From Macrostomum lignano (Eukaryota): a DNA stretch of 64,000 bases. Positions 9,765 to 21,347 of this stretch are shown here, piece by piece. The DNA lies in contig NIVC01002717.1 of the NCBI GenBank assembly GCA_002269645.1, forward strand, positions 5,776-69,775, in the 5' to 3' direction. The position numbers were made by a program, and so were the translations under genes. The notes below the pieces were generated by a model. It was not told the DNA's origin and searched no databases. It saw only the letters and a program-made list of their open reading frames with translations. The first letter of the stretch is position 1. Each line of letters opens with the position of its first letter.

Positions 9765-12700
9765 ATGTCTGCCAGCTACGGCGGTGAGCAGCAACAAGAG
9801 GAGGTCGCTGGTTCGAATCCTTGCTTGCCGCCGTCGCAGACGCCTCGCGGCCGTGTCGGCTTCTGCATGTGGATTGTGGGCCCATTAATCTACGTTTGGG
9901 GCGGCTACGAGGTGCAGCGCAGGTTGCCGGCGAGCTTCTGGCCTCAGCCTGTGGCCTTCGGCGCCGGCGGAATTCATAATCAGCTGCAACAGCAGCAACT
10001 GCTGCTTCAGCATCTGCAACAGCACCTGAACGAGTCGGATTCTGACGATGAGTCCGACTCTGATGAGGACATTGACCAGCAGGAACAGCAGCAGCTGGCG
10101 CCCCAGCTGCCGCCACCTCCGTTTCCACTGGAAGAAGCATTCGCTGACGATATTGACGACGAGTTTGCTGATGACGATTTTGTTGACGATGATGATGAGG
10201 ATGATGTTGATCAGCCTGGTGAGTTCGTCTGGTTCATGCTTGAGTTATTGTTTTAGAATGCGCTTTTTTCCTTTGAATGTACTGCTTTTTTTGCTTTTTG
10301 TTAAAATGTACTTTTATTTGTACTTTTAAAATGTACTTTTTAGGTTTTGTTGGAATGTGATTGCAAATCTTACAATAAAAATTCCTTTTAAGACTTGTTA
10401 TAATGTAATTTTTTGTTTCTTTTATGTACTTTTAATTTTTTGTTTAAATGTACTTTTAAGTTCCGTTAGAATGTACTTAAAAACTTTTGTCAGAATCTAC
10501 GTCTAAGTTAATTACTAGGCTTTATTATATCTTTTCTATTAGTCAAATTTTTAATTTAGCATGAATTTGTCTTACTATCTATTGCTATTTGTACGTATAA
10601 ATTTTCTTTTAAAAATGACTCACTGCTATCCTTTATTAATCACCTGCTAGCACCGCCACCTGCTGTCCAGAATCTTGGCGGCGGCATCAACAACGCCAAT
10701 CAGCCGAATGCACTGCCAGCTCGCAGGCCGGATGTCTATCGCCAATCTACCTGGGTGCCAGGAGACCGACTGCTGTGCTATTGCACCGACAGTCGCAGAT
10801 GGGTATGGCACGCTGCTGATGGATGTCGTACTGGGATTTTCACTGCCGATGCTCTCCTCCCTCAGATCCTTCAGTTTCTGATGCTCTCCTCCCTCAGATC
10901 CTTCAGTGTCTGATGCTCTCCTCCCTCAGATCCTTCAGTGTCTGATGCTCTCCTCCCTCAGATCCTTCAGTGTCTGATGCTCTCCTCCCTCAGATCCTTC
11001 AGTTTCTGATGCTCTCCTCCCTCAGATCCTTCAGTTTCTGATGCTCTCCTCCCTCAGATCCTTCAGTTTCTGATGCTCTCCTCCCTCAGATCCTTCAGTG
11101 TCTGGTGCTCTCCTCCCTCAGATCCTTCAGTGTCTGATACTCTCCTCCCTCAGATCCTTCAGTTTCTGATGCTCTCCTCCCTCAGATCCTTCAGTGTCTG
11201 ATGCTCTCCTCCCTCAGATCCTTCAGTGTCTGATGCTCTCCTCCCTCAGATCCTTCAGTGTCTGATACTCTCCTCCCTCAGATCCTTCAGTGTCTGATGC
11301 TCTCCTCCCTCAGGCCCTTCAGTGTCTGATGCTCTCATCCCTCAGGTCCTTCAGGACCTGATTCTCCTCTTTCAAAATCAGATCATTCAGGGCCTGGTTT
11401 TCTCCTTCCTCAGGTCCTTCACGGCCGCCGCTACCCTCAAACTACATCAACATGTTCCTTCCACCAAATTCAACAGGTGAAAATACGCCTGCATCTTGAA
11501 GGGCTTGGCAGCAACACCCATCAACTCCGCAATTTCCTGTCCGGTTTTTCCGGCTCAGCTTGCTGCTCAAACTCGGACGACACCAGACTGTACATAAGCG
11601 GCGGATTCAATGAAACTGTTCACACTGCCCTGTCCGCAACTAATGCTATTTATTCTATTCACGTGAATTGCAATACGAGTAGGCAGACAGATGCCGCTGT
11701 TTATTCAGTTTCCTGTCAGTTTAGTATGGAGACGAGGTGAGTTGGCGCTCCTGTCATTGCTGCGCCCTAGCTGTTCTTGGGTGTCTGTGAAGGTTCAGGT
11801 CAGGGTGTCTGTGAAGGTTCAGGTCAGGGTGTCTGTGAAGGGTTCAGGTCAGGGTGTCTGTGAAGTGTTCAGATCAGAGTGTCTGTGGAGGGTTCAGATC
11901 AGAGTGTCTGTGAAGGGTTCAGATCAGAGTGTCTGTGAAGGGTTTAGATCAGGTATCTGAGGGTTCAGATCAGGTATCTGAGGGTTCAGATCAGGTATCT
12001 GAGGGTTCAGATCAGGTATCTGAGGGTTCAGATCAGGTATCTAAGGGTTCAGATCAGGTATCTAAGGGTTCAGAATCAGATCAGGTATCTAAGGGTTCAG
12101 ATCAGGTATCTGAGGGTTCAGATCAGGTATCTAAGGGTTCAGATCAGGTATCTAAGGGTTCAGATCAGGTATCTAAGGGTTCAGATCAGGTATCTGAGGG
12201 TTCAGATCAGGTATCTAAGGGTTCAGATCAGGTATCTAAGGGTTCAGATCAGGTATCTAAGGGTTCAGAATCAGATCAGGTATCTAAGGGTTCAGATCAG
12301 GTATCTAAGGGTTCAGATCAGGTATCTAAGGGTTCAGATCAGGTATCTAAGGGTTCAGATCAGGTATCTAAGGGTTCAGATCAGGTATCTAAGGGTTCAG
12401 ATCAGGTATCTAAGGGTTCAGAATCAGATCAGGTATCTAAGGGTTCAGATCAGGTATCTAAGGGTTCAGATCAGGTATCTAAGGGTTCAGATCAGGTATC
12501 TAAGGGTTCAGAATCAGATCAGGTATCTAAGGGTTCAGAATCAGATCAGGTATCTAAGGGTTCAGAATCAGATCAGGTATCTAAGGGTTCAGATCAGGTA
12601 TCTAAGGGTTCAGAATCAGATCAGGTATCTAAGGGTTCAGATCAGGTATCTAAGGGTTCAGATCAGGTATCTAAGGGTTCAGAATCAGATCAGGTATCTG

Positions 12701-14832
12701 TACCGGTAGGGTGTCTGTAGGTTCAGTCAGTGTGCCTAAACAGTAGGATGAGAAATCTATTTTCGTCGCTAAAAATCTTCGCAAAAAATCCTTCGCTATT
12801 TTAAATTGACGCAGGGGCCCGCCAGGCCAGCGGGTGCCCATGCCCCGGGACAAGCACAGTGCCATCTACTGGCGCAACCGTTTGTTAATATTTGGTGGCT
12901 ACTGTTTGAATCCGCCAACAAATCTAATGAACTCGGTGAATTATTGCGGCTCTTCAATCAGTCTGCAGGACGTGTTCTTCAGTCCCGAGTGCTTCCAGCC
13001 TAATGACAGTTTGCGGTTCGCTTGGTCCAACGAATTGCTGCAGTTTGACTTAGCCACGGGCGCTTGGAGCCAGCTGCATCGTAATTATACTTACATATAT
13101 CTCCAATATTCAATATTCATGGTAATCCCCATCCCATGAAAATGCCTATATCCTTTAGTCCCTATCCCACGATAATCCCAAACTTCGTTAATCTCCATCA
13201 ACGACAATCCCAATATCCGTTATCCCCCACCCACGATAATCCCAATGTTCGTTAATCCTCATCCCACGATAATCCCAATGTTCGTTAATCTTCATCCCAC
13301 GATAATCCTAATCTCGTTAATCCCATCCCATTATAATCCCAATGTTCGTTAATCCTCATTCCACGATAATCCCAGCCTTCGTTATCCCCCACCCACGATA
13401 ATCCCAATATCCGTTATTCCCCACCCACGATAATCCCAATATCCGTTAATCCTCATCCCATTATAATCCCAATGTTCGTTAATCTTCATTCCACGATAAT
13501 CCTAATCTTCGTTATTCCATCCCACGATAATCCCAGCCCTCGTTAATCTCCATCCCCGATAATCCCAATATTCTTTGTTCATTATCCCACGATAATCCCA
13601 ATGTTCGTTAATCCTATCCCATGATAATCTCAATTTTCGTTACTCCCCATCCCATCCCATAATCCCATAAGACCCCCTATTCATATTCATACCCAGTTAA
13701 TCCCCACGCGGCTCACCCTAACCTGTTGGCACCAACTGGATTTCAGCCGAAGGCACCCCGCCGACGCCTCGCGCCGCCCACTCGATGATTCGCGTTGGCT
13801 CTCGCGCCCTGCTATTTGGCGGCCGGGTCCTTGACAGGCGAACAAACGACCTGTTCTGCCTGTGCCTCGAGTCGCTTCAGTGGACCCGGCTGCAGCCGCA
13901 AGGCTCGCTGCCCGAGCCTCGGTCATGGACCACCTTTGTCCAGGTGGGACCAAGTCACGTGTTCTGCTTCGGCGGCTATCCTTGGGCTGATCCGCCTGCC
14001 GAGCTGCGGCCTTTTAATAATTGCTTCCTGTACGACCTGGTTGGCAACCGCTTCCAGAAGCTGAAGGTAACGACTTTTCAATTTGTGTGTTGGGTCACGT
14101 CGGGTGAGGTCAGGGGTCAGTTGTGTTCAGGTTCAATCCAGGTCATTATTGGTTATGTGCGTTTTCGAAAATTAATCCAAGTCGCACGTTACGTTTGTAT
14201 TCAGCGATCAGTCTTGGTCGGGGTGTGTAATTAAGGTCATTCCAGGTCAGGGTGTGTAGTTAAGGTCACTCCAGGTCAGGGTGTGTAGTTAAGGTCACTC
14301 CAGGTCAGGGTGTGTAGTTAAGGTCATTCCAAGTCAGGGTGTATAGTTAAGGTCATTCCAGGTCAGAGTGTGTAATTAAGGTCTCTCCAGGTCAGGGTGT
14401 GTAATTAAGGTCACTCCAGGTCAGGGTGTGTAATTAAGGTCACTCCAGGTAATGGTGTGCAATTAAGGTCACTCCAGGTAATGGTGTGCAATTAAGGTCA
14501 CCCCAGCCCATATCGCACCCCATCGCCCCCAGCTGCCCGACCGGCCAGGCCTGCTGTGGCACGGCAGCTGCTCCCAGCTGGCCAATCGCAGCGCCTTCAT
14601 CTGGGGCGGCTGCACCGAAGACATTATGCAGCAGGCCTATCGCCGCGACTTCAACTCAACCGTGCTGGAATTTCCTCGGCTGCTGGTGCCACCGCTGTCC
14701 GCTCTGTGCGCCGACCTGGTGGTCCGCTCGCCCCTGGTGTATCCGCTAGGGATGCTGAAATCGCATTGGCCAGTTACTAAGGAGCTCATTCAGCGCCGGC
14801 TGCTCATGTCCGGCCCGCTGTTGGGCGGATAA
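9765..14832 (+). CDS. Kelch domain-containing protein, KLHDC1/KLHDC2-like; exons 9765-10218, 10651-10802, 11477-11736, 12815-13080, 13747-14066, 14533-14832 (583 aa)
   Basis: All introns are GT-AG with compatible phases (total 1752 nt). Kelch motifs IYVWGGY, SGSAC..LYISGG, PRDKHSAIYWRNRLLIFGGY, WSNEL, PTPRAAHSM..LLFGG, PRSWTTF..CFGG, LLWHGSC..FIWGGC, and a C-terminal PPLSALCADLV like the KLHDC2 tail. Confidence 0.85.
10847..11355. repeat. 32-bp intronic minisatellite GATGCTCTCCTCCCTCAGATCCTTCAGTGTCT
   Basis: About 15 copies inside kelch intron 2 (10803-11476). Confidence 0.95.
11778..12725. repeat. Intronic minisatellite shifting from a ~24-bp unit to 21/27-bp GGGTTCAGATCAGGTATCTAA
   Basis: Inside kelch intron 3 (11737-12814); the SKGSDQV ORF periodicity equals 21 bp. 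Confidence 0.95.
13140..13670. repeat. Degenerate ~33-bp intronic repeat (CCACGATAATCCCAATGTTCGTTAATCCTCATC)
   Basis: CCACGATAATCCC core recurs in kelch intron 4. Confidence 0.85.
14222..14505. repeat. 29-bp intronic minisatellite TAATTAAGGTCACTCCAGGTCAGGGTGTG
   Basis: About 9 copies in kelch intron 5. Confidence 0.9.
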
Positions 14833-14924
14833 ATTTGACACGGGCTTCATTCCTGGGCTCCCTGGTGGACTCATCCGCATTGGTTATTGCTGGAGTGTTG
14901 TACAGCTTGTCTAATCTCCTTGTG

Positions 14925-15920
14925 TGCCTCATCTCTGACCTGTCTCTCTCTCATCTCACCTGTCTCCCTCCCATCTCACCTGTCTCCCTCCCATCTCACC
15001 TGTCTCCCTCTCATCTCACCTGTCTCCCTCTCATCTCACCCGTCCCTCTCTCATCTCACCTGTCTCTCATCTCACCTGTCTCCCTCTATCTCACCTGTCT
15101 CCCTCTCATCTCACCTGTCTCCCTCTCATCTCACCCGTCCTTCTCTCATCTCACCTATCTCTCATCTCACCTGTCTCTCATCTCACCTGTCTCTCATCTC
15201 ACCTGTCTTCCTCTATCTCACCTGTCTCCTCATCTCACCCGTCTCTCTCTCATCTCACCTGTCTCTCATCTCACCTGTCTTCCTCTATCTCACCTGTCTC
15301 CTCATCTCACCCGTCTCTCTCTCATCTCACCCGTCTCTCTCTCTCTCTCATCTCACCTTTCTCCCTCTCATCTCACCCGTCTCTTTCTCATCTCACCTGT
15401 TTCCCTCTAATTTCACTTGTCTCCCTCTCATCTCACCTGTCTCCCTCTCATTTCACTTGTCTCCCTCTCATCTCACCTGTCTCCCTCTCATTTCACTTGT
15501 CTCCCTCTCATCTCACCTGTCTCCCTCTCATCTCACCTGTCTCCCTCTCATCTCACCTGTCTCCCTCTCATTTCACTTGTCTCCCTCTCATTTCACTTGT
15601 CTCCCTCTCATCTCACCTGTCTCCCTCTCATTTCACTTGTCTCCCTCTCATCTCACCTGTCTCCCTCTCATCTCACCTGTCTCCCTCTCATCTCACCTGT
15701 CTCCCTCTCATTTCACTTGTCTCCCTCTCATCTCACCTGTCTCCCTCTCATCTCACCTGTCTCCCTCTCATTTCACTTGTCTCCCTCTCATCTCACCTGT
15801 CTCCCTCTCATTTCACTTGTCTCCCTCTCATCTCACCTGTCTCCCTCTCATTTCACTTGTCTCCCTCTCATCTCACCTGTCTCCCTCTCATTTCACTTGT
15901 CTCCCTCTCATCTCACCTCT
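14925..15920. repeat. 20-bp pyrimidine-rich minisatellite CTCCCTCTCATCTCACCTGT
   Basis: Begins about 90 nt after the kelch stop codon. Confidence 0.93.
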
Positions 15921-16411
15921 CTCCGTCAGTTTTCCAGCATAGGCAATGTACCTATCGCTGCAGATACACAATAGACCAGCCGGCTTATGCAAGCGTATTG
16001 CTACCGCTTTACTACTTTATAATATTCAAGCACCAGAGTTGATTTTGTGTACATATCAAATTAAGAAGTCTTTGTTTTCTGTCCAATTGCTTGTGAAAAA
16101 AAACCTTGTTTGTTTTGCAGTTTCTATAAATTTTGTGATCATTGGCTTCAAAAACATTTTAACTACTTTACAAAGATTTTTGATGGCAGTTATTGTTAGT
16201 AAGTACAATTTAGCAGTCTAATATATAAATAAATAATTGAATGATTGTTCATTTCATGTTAGAATACAAATTGTCACTGCTTTCAAACTTCTTTACTGTT
16301 TTCTTCTTCAATAATTTTGTTCATTGTTTGTAACCAAGATTTAGTTAGGTTCACTCTAACTTGGTAAAAAAAAGTCGCTCTGGTATGCCAGAATCATTTT
16401 ATTAGTTGTCC

Positions 16412-17255
16412 CTCTGGTACATCAGTGACCCTCTAGATTGTCAGTCTGGTACATCAGTGACCCTCTAGATTGTCAGTCTGGTACATCAGTGACCCTCTAG
16501 ATTGTCAGTCTGGTACATCAGTGGCACTCTAGATTGTCACTCTGGTACATCAGTGGCACTCTAGATTGTCACTCTGGTACATCAGTGGCACTCTAGATTG
16601 TCACTCTGGTACATCAGTGGCACTCTAGATTGTCACTCTGGTACATCAGTGACCCTCTAGATTGTCACTCTGGTACATCAGTGGCACTCTAGATTGTCAC
16701 TCTGGTACATCAGTGGCACTCTAGATTGTCACTCTGGTACATCAGTGGCACTCTAGATTGTCACTCTGGTACATCAGTGGCACTCTAGATTGTCACTCTG
16801 GTACATCAGTGGCACTCTAGATTGTCACTCTGGTACATCAGTGGCACTCTAGATTGTCACTCTGGTACATCAGTGGCACTCTAGATTGTCCCTCTGGTAC
16901 ATCAGTGACCCTCTAGATTGTCAGTCTGGTACATCAGTGACCCTCTAGATTGTCAGTCTGGTACATCAGTGGCACTCTAGATTGTCACTCTGGTACATCA
17001 GTGACCCTCTAGATTGTCACTCTGGTACATCAGTGGCACTCTAGATTGTCACTCTGGTACATCAGTGGCACTCTAGATTGTCACTCTGGTTCATCAGTGG
17101 CACTCTAGATTGTCACTCTGGTACAACTGTGATACTGTAGATTGTCACTCTGGTACAACTGTGATACTGTAGATTGTCACTCAGGTTCATCAGTGGCACT
17201 CTAGATTGTCACTCTAGTACAACATTGGCACTCGAGATTGTCACCCTGGCACATC
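16412..17255. repeat. 32-bp minisatellite CTCTGGTACATCAGTGGCACTCTAGATTGTCA
   Basis: About 26 copies ending ~60 nt before the RBM42 ATG. Confidence 0.95.
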
Positions 17256-17318
17256 AGTAAAATCTGTACTTAAATTTACTTTACCAAAGAACAGCAGGTC
17301 CTCTCCCCTACCATATTC

Positions 17319-18224
17319 ATGCATCGCTACCCCTACAGCACTGCCGCGGCTGCTGGAGCCGCTGCGGCCGCCGCTGCACAGCCGTCGGCCAGAGGTTTAA
17401 CCGCCAGCCGTCGCCTTGAGATGGAAGCCGAAGTGAATCGATTCGAAGCCGAGCTTCGGCAGGACTTGAGACCGCAGGCGCCCATCCAGCAACAGCAGAC
17501 GGGTTTCGGAAGCTTCCCGCCGCCTCCGCCCCCGCCGCCTCCGATGCCTTCCCAGGCTCCGCCGGCATCTCAGTTTCTTCCTCATCATCAGCAACTGTCC
17601 ATGCCGCCTAGGACTGTGTACTCTGCTCAGCCTCAGATTGTTCGCCAGCACCAGCCATCGCCTGCGGCTGCTGTCGTTGCGGCCCCCTTGCCTCCCCCGC
17701 CGCCCCCGCCACCCCCGCCGCCTCCTCCTCCGATGCCCTCCATGCCGATGATGCCTTCGGCTGCAGACGCCAGCCAGGCTGCATTTCCTGGAGCACCTGG
17801 TGCTGCCGCTTCTACTTCTAGTAGCAATACTAAAAACAGCAAAAAGAAGCGATTCGTCAGAACGGCCGGCGGGCAAGTGTGGGAAGACCCAAGCTTAGCC
17901 GAATGGGATCCGAACGATTTTCGAATCTTCTGCGGCGATCTTGGCAACGAAGTTAACGACGACGTGTTGACCAGAGCGTTCAGCAAGTACGGCTCGTTCC
18001 AGAAGGCCAAAGTGGTGCGAGACCACCGCAGCAACAAGAGCAAAGGCTACGGCTTTGTCAGCTTCAAAGATCCGCAAGATTTTGTTCGCGCACTGCACGA
18101 AATGAATGGCAAATATGTTGGCAATCGGCCTATCAAACTGCGCCGTAGCAACTGGAAGGAGAGAGAGATCACTTCGGTGAAGAAGAAAATTAAAGAGAAA
18201 CGTAAAATGGGTCTCAAGGTGTGA
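17319..18224 (+). CDS. RBM42: RNA-binding protein 42 (RRM), intronless
   Basis: RTAGGQVWEDPSLAEWDPNDFRIFCGDLGNEVNDD, KSKGYGFVSFKDP and EMNGKYVGNRPIKLR are the RBM42 signature; Pro-rich N-terminus. Confidence 0.95.
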   Translation: MHRYPYSTAAAAGAAAAAAAQPSARGLTASRRLEMEAEVNRFEAELRQDLRPQAPIQQQQTGFGSFPPPPPPPPPMPSQAPPASQFLPHHQQLSMPPRTVYSAQPQIVRQHQPSPAAAVVAAPLPPPPPPPPPPPPPPMPSMPMMPSAADASQAAFPGAPGAAASTSSSNTKNSKKKRFVRTAGGQVWEDPSLAEWDPNDFRIFCGDLGNEVNDDVLTRAFSKYGSFQKAKVVRDHRSNKSKGYGFVSFKDPQDFVRALHEMNGKYVGNRPIKLRRSNWKEREITSVKKKIKEKRKMGLKV

Positions 18225-18286
18225 TTAGACTGTTTGACTCTGACGGCTTTTGTTACGAGTCTTGCTTTTATTATGTATTTGCTTGT

Positions 18287-18763
18287 GGATTGCTAATCTA
18301 TCCAATCATGGGTGTTTCCCTCAGAAGTGGATTGTTAATCTATCCAATCATTGGTGTTTCCCTCAGAAATGGATTGTTAATCTATCCAATCATGGGTGTT
18401 TCCCTCAGAAGTGGATTGCTAATCTATCCAATCATGGGTGTTTCCCTCAGAAGTGGATTGCTAATCTATCCAATCATGGGTGTTTCCCTCAGAAGTGGAT
18501 TGCTAATCTATCCAATCATGGGTGTTTCCCTCAGAAGTGGATTGCTAATCTATCCAATCATGGGTGTTTCCCTCAGAAGTGGATTGTTAATCTATCCAAT
18601 CATTGGTGTTTCCCTCAGAAATGGATTGTTAATCTATCCAATCATGGGTGTTTCCCTCAGAAGTGGATTGCTAATCTATCCAATCATGGGTGTTTCCCTC
18701 AGAAGTGGATTGCTAATCTATCCAATCATGGGTGTTTCCCTCAGAAGTGGATTGTTAATCTAT
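18287..18763. repeat. 42-bp minisatellite GGATTGCTAATCTATCCAATCATGGGTGTTTCCCTCAGAAGT
   Basis: About 11 copies starting ~60 nt after the RBM42 stop; 14-aa ORF periodicity. Confidence 0.95.
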
Positions 18764-19077
18764 AAATATGTATTCAAATTTGTAATTATTGCTTAGTCCA
18801 AGCTCTCAAATAAGTTAAATACGAGTATAATTCACACCTATGTGTACTTTACTTGCGTGTTTCCTTTATTGCTTGTTAATTGAGCTGAAAGCATTGCTTA
18901 TGTATAATTGAAAATTGAAAAAATACTTGTTATAATACAACGTAATAAGCTTATATTGTTATTAGTTCTTAATAAGCTAGTGGTCCTTGCTTGTGTACAA
19001 AAAATTACTTATAAGAAAACTAATGTTTTGTGTTTATTGATTTATTAAACTAGCTGGTCCAGCGAAGGTTATTACGG

Positions 19078-19575
19078 ACCCAGATCTCGAGTTTCCGGGT
19101 CAGCCTCCTAGATCCTCAGTTTCCGGGCCAGCCTCCCAGATCTTCAGTTGCTGGGCCAGCCTCCCAGATCCCCAGTTGCTGGGCCAGCCTCCCAGATCCC
19201 CAGTTGCTGGGGCATGGGCCAGCCTCCCAGATCCTCAGTTGCAGGGCCAGCCTCCCAGATCCCCAGTTGCTGGGCCAGCCTCCCAGATCCCCAGTTGCTG
19301 GGGCATGGGCCAGCCTCCCAGATCCTCAGTTGCAGGGCCAGCCTCCCAGATCCTCAGTTGCTGGGCCAGCCTCCCAGATCCTCAGTTGCTGGGCCAGCCT
19401 CCCAGAGTGACAGTTGCTGAGCCAGCCTCCCAGATCCCCAGTTTTTGGGCCAGCCTCCCAGAGTCTCAGTCTGGGCCAGCCTCTCAGAGTGTCAGTCTGG
19501 GCCAGCCTCTCAGAGTGTCAGTCTGGGCCAGCCTCATAGATCCCCAATTGTTGGGCCAGCCTCACAGATCCTCAG
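19078..19575. repeat. Second locus of the 28-bp CCTCCCAGATCCTCAGTTGCTGGGCCAG minisatellite
   Basis: Same unit and orientation as 5805-7340. Confidence 0.92.
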
Positions 19576-19869
19576 TATTTGTGCCCTTTTAGGTAACCTA
19601 CAGTAATGTTAGTGCACGTTCCCAATCCCGTGATGCAAATATTTATTATTTCGCTTGCTGCTGCAACCACGGATTAAGAGGAGGACAATTTTTATAGTAC
19701 ATTTTATAAACATATTTTTTAGGAGAAGCGTTTAAGAAAAAGGAAATCCATAATTGTCAATAATTGATTTAGTAATGTGCAGCCAATGGGGAAAGTACTT
19801 GCTTCAGTAAAACGCTTTTCTTCTACATTGTACATTGGCTGCGGTATATAGTGTGTAGCAACCAGGGAG

Positions 19870-20485
19870 GTTTTGGAGTGAGGTTGGTGCAGGGATCCGC
19901 GGGAGGCTAGAAATGTAGAGGTTTGGAGTGAGGTGGGTGCAGGGATCCGCGGGAGGCTAGAAATGTAGAGGTTTGGAGTGAGGTTAGTGCAGGGATCCGC
20001 GGGAGGCTAGAAATGTAGAGGTTTGGAGTGAGGTGGGTGCAGGGATCCGCGGGAGGCTAGAAATGTAGAGGTTTGGAGTGAGGTGGGTGCAGGGATCCGC
20101 GGGAGGCTAGAAATGTAGAGTTTTGGAGTGAGGTGGGTGCAGGGATCCGCGGGAGGCTAGAAATGTAGAGGTTTGGAGTGAGGTGGGTGCAGGGATCCGC
20201 GGAGGCTAGAAATGTAGAGGTTTGGAGTGAGGTTAGTGCAGGGATCCGCGGGAGGCTAGAAATGTAGAGTTTTGGAGTGAGGTGGGTGCAGGGATCCGCG
20301 GGAGGCTAGAAATGTAGAGTTTTGGAGTGAGGTGGGTGCGGGATTCCGCGGGGGTAGAAATGTAGAGTTTTGGAGTGAGGTGGGTGCGGGATTCCGCGGG
20401 GTAGAAATGTAGAGGTTTGGAGTGAGGTGGGTGCGGGGATCCGCGGGGCTAGAACTGTAGAGGTTTGGAGTGACGTGGGTGCAGG
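19870..20485. repeat. 50-bp G-rich minisatellite GGGATCCGCGGGAGGCTAGAAATGTAGAGGTTTGGAGTGAGGTGGGTGCA
   Basis: Period 50 (AGGGATCCGC at 19891 and 19941); about 12 copies. Confidence 0.93.
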
Positions 20486-20642
20486 GATAGACAGAAAGAG
20501 AGACAGGAATGTACTCGTAGGGGTTCGGATTTATTTGAGTACAAGTAATATGCCAGAAAAAAATCAATAATAATTTTATCAAAATCTCTGCTTTGTTTAT
20601 TTATGATTGCTGAGATTCCGCTTGCATGTAATGAAATGGTAT

Positions 20643-21019
20643 TATTTTTTTATTAGAGGCAGGGGGTTGTGTGCACCCTGGCGCACTTTAAGCGACATAG
20701 GCACACAACCGGCGAGAGGCATTACTGCCCATTCCGCCGACTCCCCTGAGCAGGCACACAAGCGCGCGGATACGTACGCAGGCACACACTCACACAGGAG
20801 TGTACAGCGGCCCTAACTTTATATTATCGTTAGGCATGTACACTTCACTGCGCCTTGGGGGGTTGGCTCTCAAGGCCGTTAATTGCACGAGCAGAGCCAA
20901 GCCGAGATTCCAATTCAGCCCCAAATTAATGTGACTGCACTTGGAATCGAGCCTGGGTCGCTGGCACACCAGAGCAGCTGCGCTACCGCTGGGCTACGGC
21001 CCCCCCTTAATAATAATAA
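20643..21019 (-). mobile_element. tRNA-derived SINE, about 360 bp
   Basis: Minus-strand head GGGGCCGTAGCCCAGCGGTAG..GGCTCGATTCC has Pol III A- and B-box-like motifs; A-rich 3' end; flanking direct repeats TAAT(G/A)AAATGGTAT at 20629-20642 and 21020-21033. Confidence 0.75.
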
Positions 21020-21347
21020 TAATAAAATGGTATGGCTTCAACTACTTTAATATGAATCAATATTGGAGAGCATAGCAGGATGCAGAGTGCAGCTGGCTCG
21101 CATATTACGAGTACATGTGTATGCATACGCAGTCTCGTGGCTTATTTGGCGAGTTACTCGACATCCAGGGGTTTAAAGAATCACGATTCGGAACGCGTGC
21201 TCATCAATTTTTTGCAAAGCTGTCCGTCGTTTTTGTCCTATTAATATATTCTGTCTATTTTTCATGTCGGCACCATTCGTTAAAAGTTTCAGCGTTGAGC
21301 AATATGATTGCACTCTGCTTGCTAGTGCTGGCTTAATTGAACTAGAG

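Noticed and set aside
10803-11476. Intron gain by tandem duplication of exonic CCTCAG|GT sequence
   Set aside because: A better gene model (RRW|VKIRL) uses the donor at 10803 and acceptor at 11476, so the array is wholly intronic and not exon-derived.
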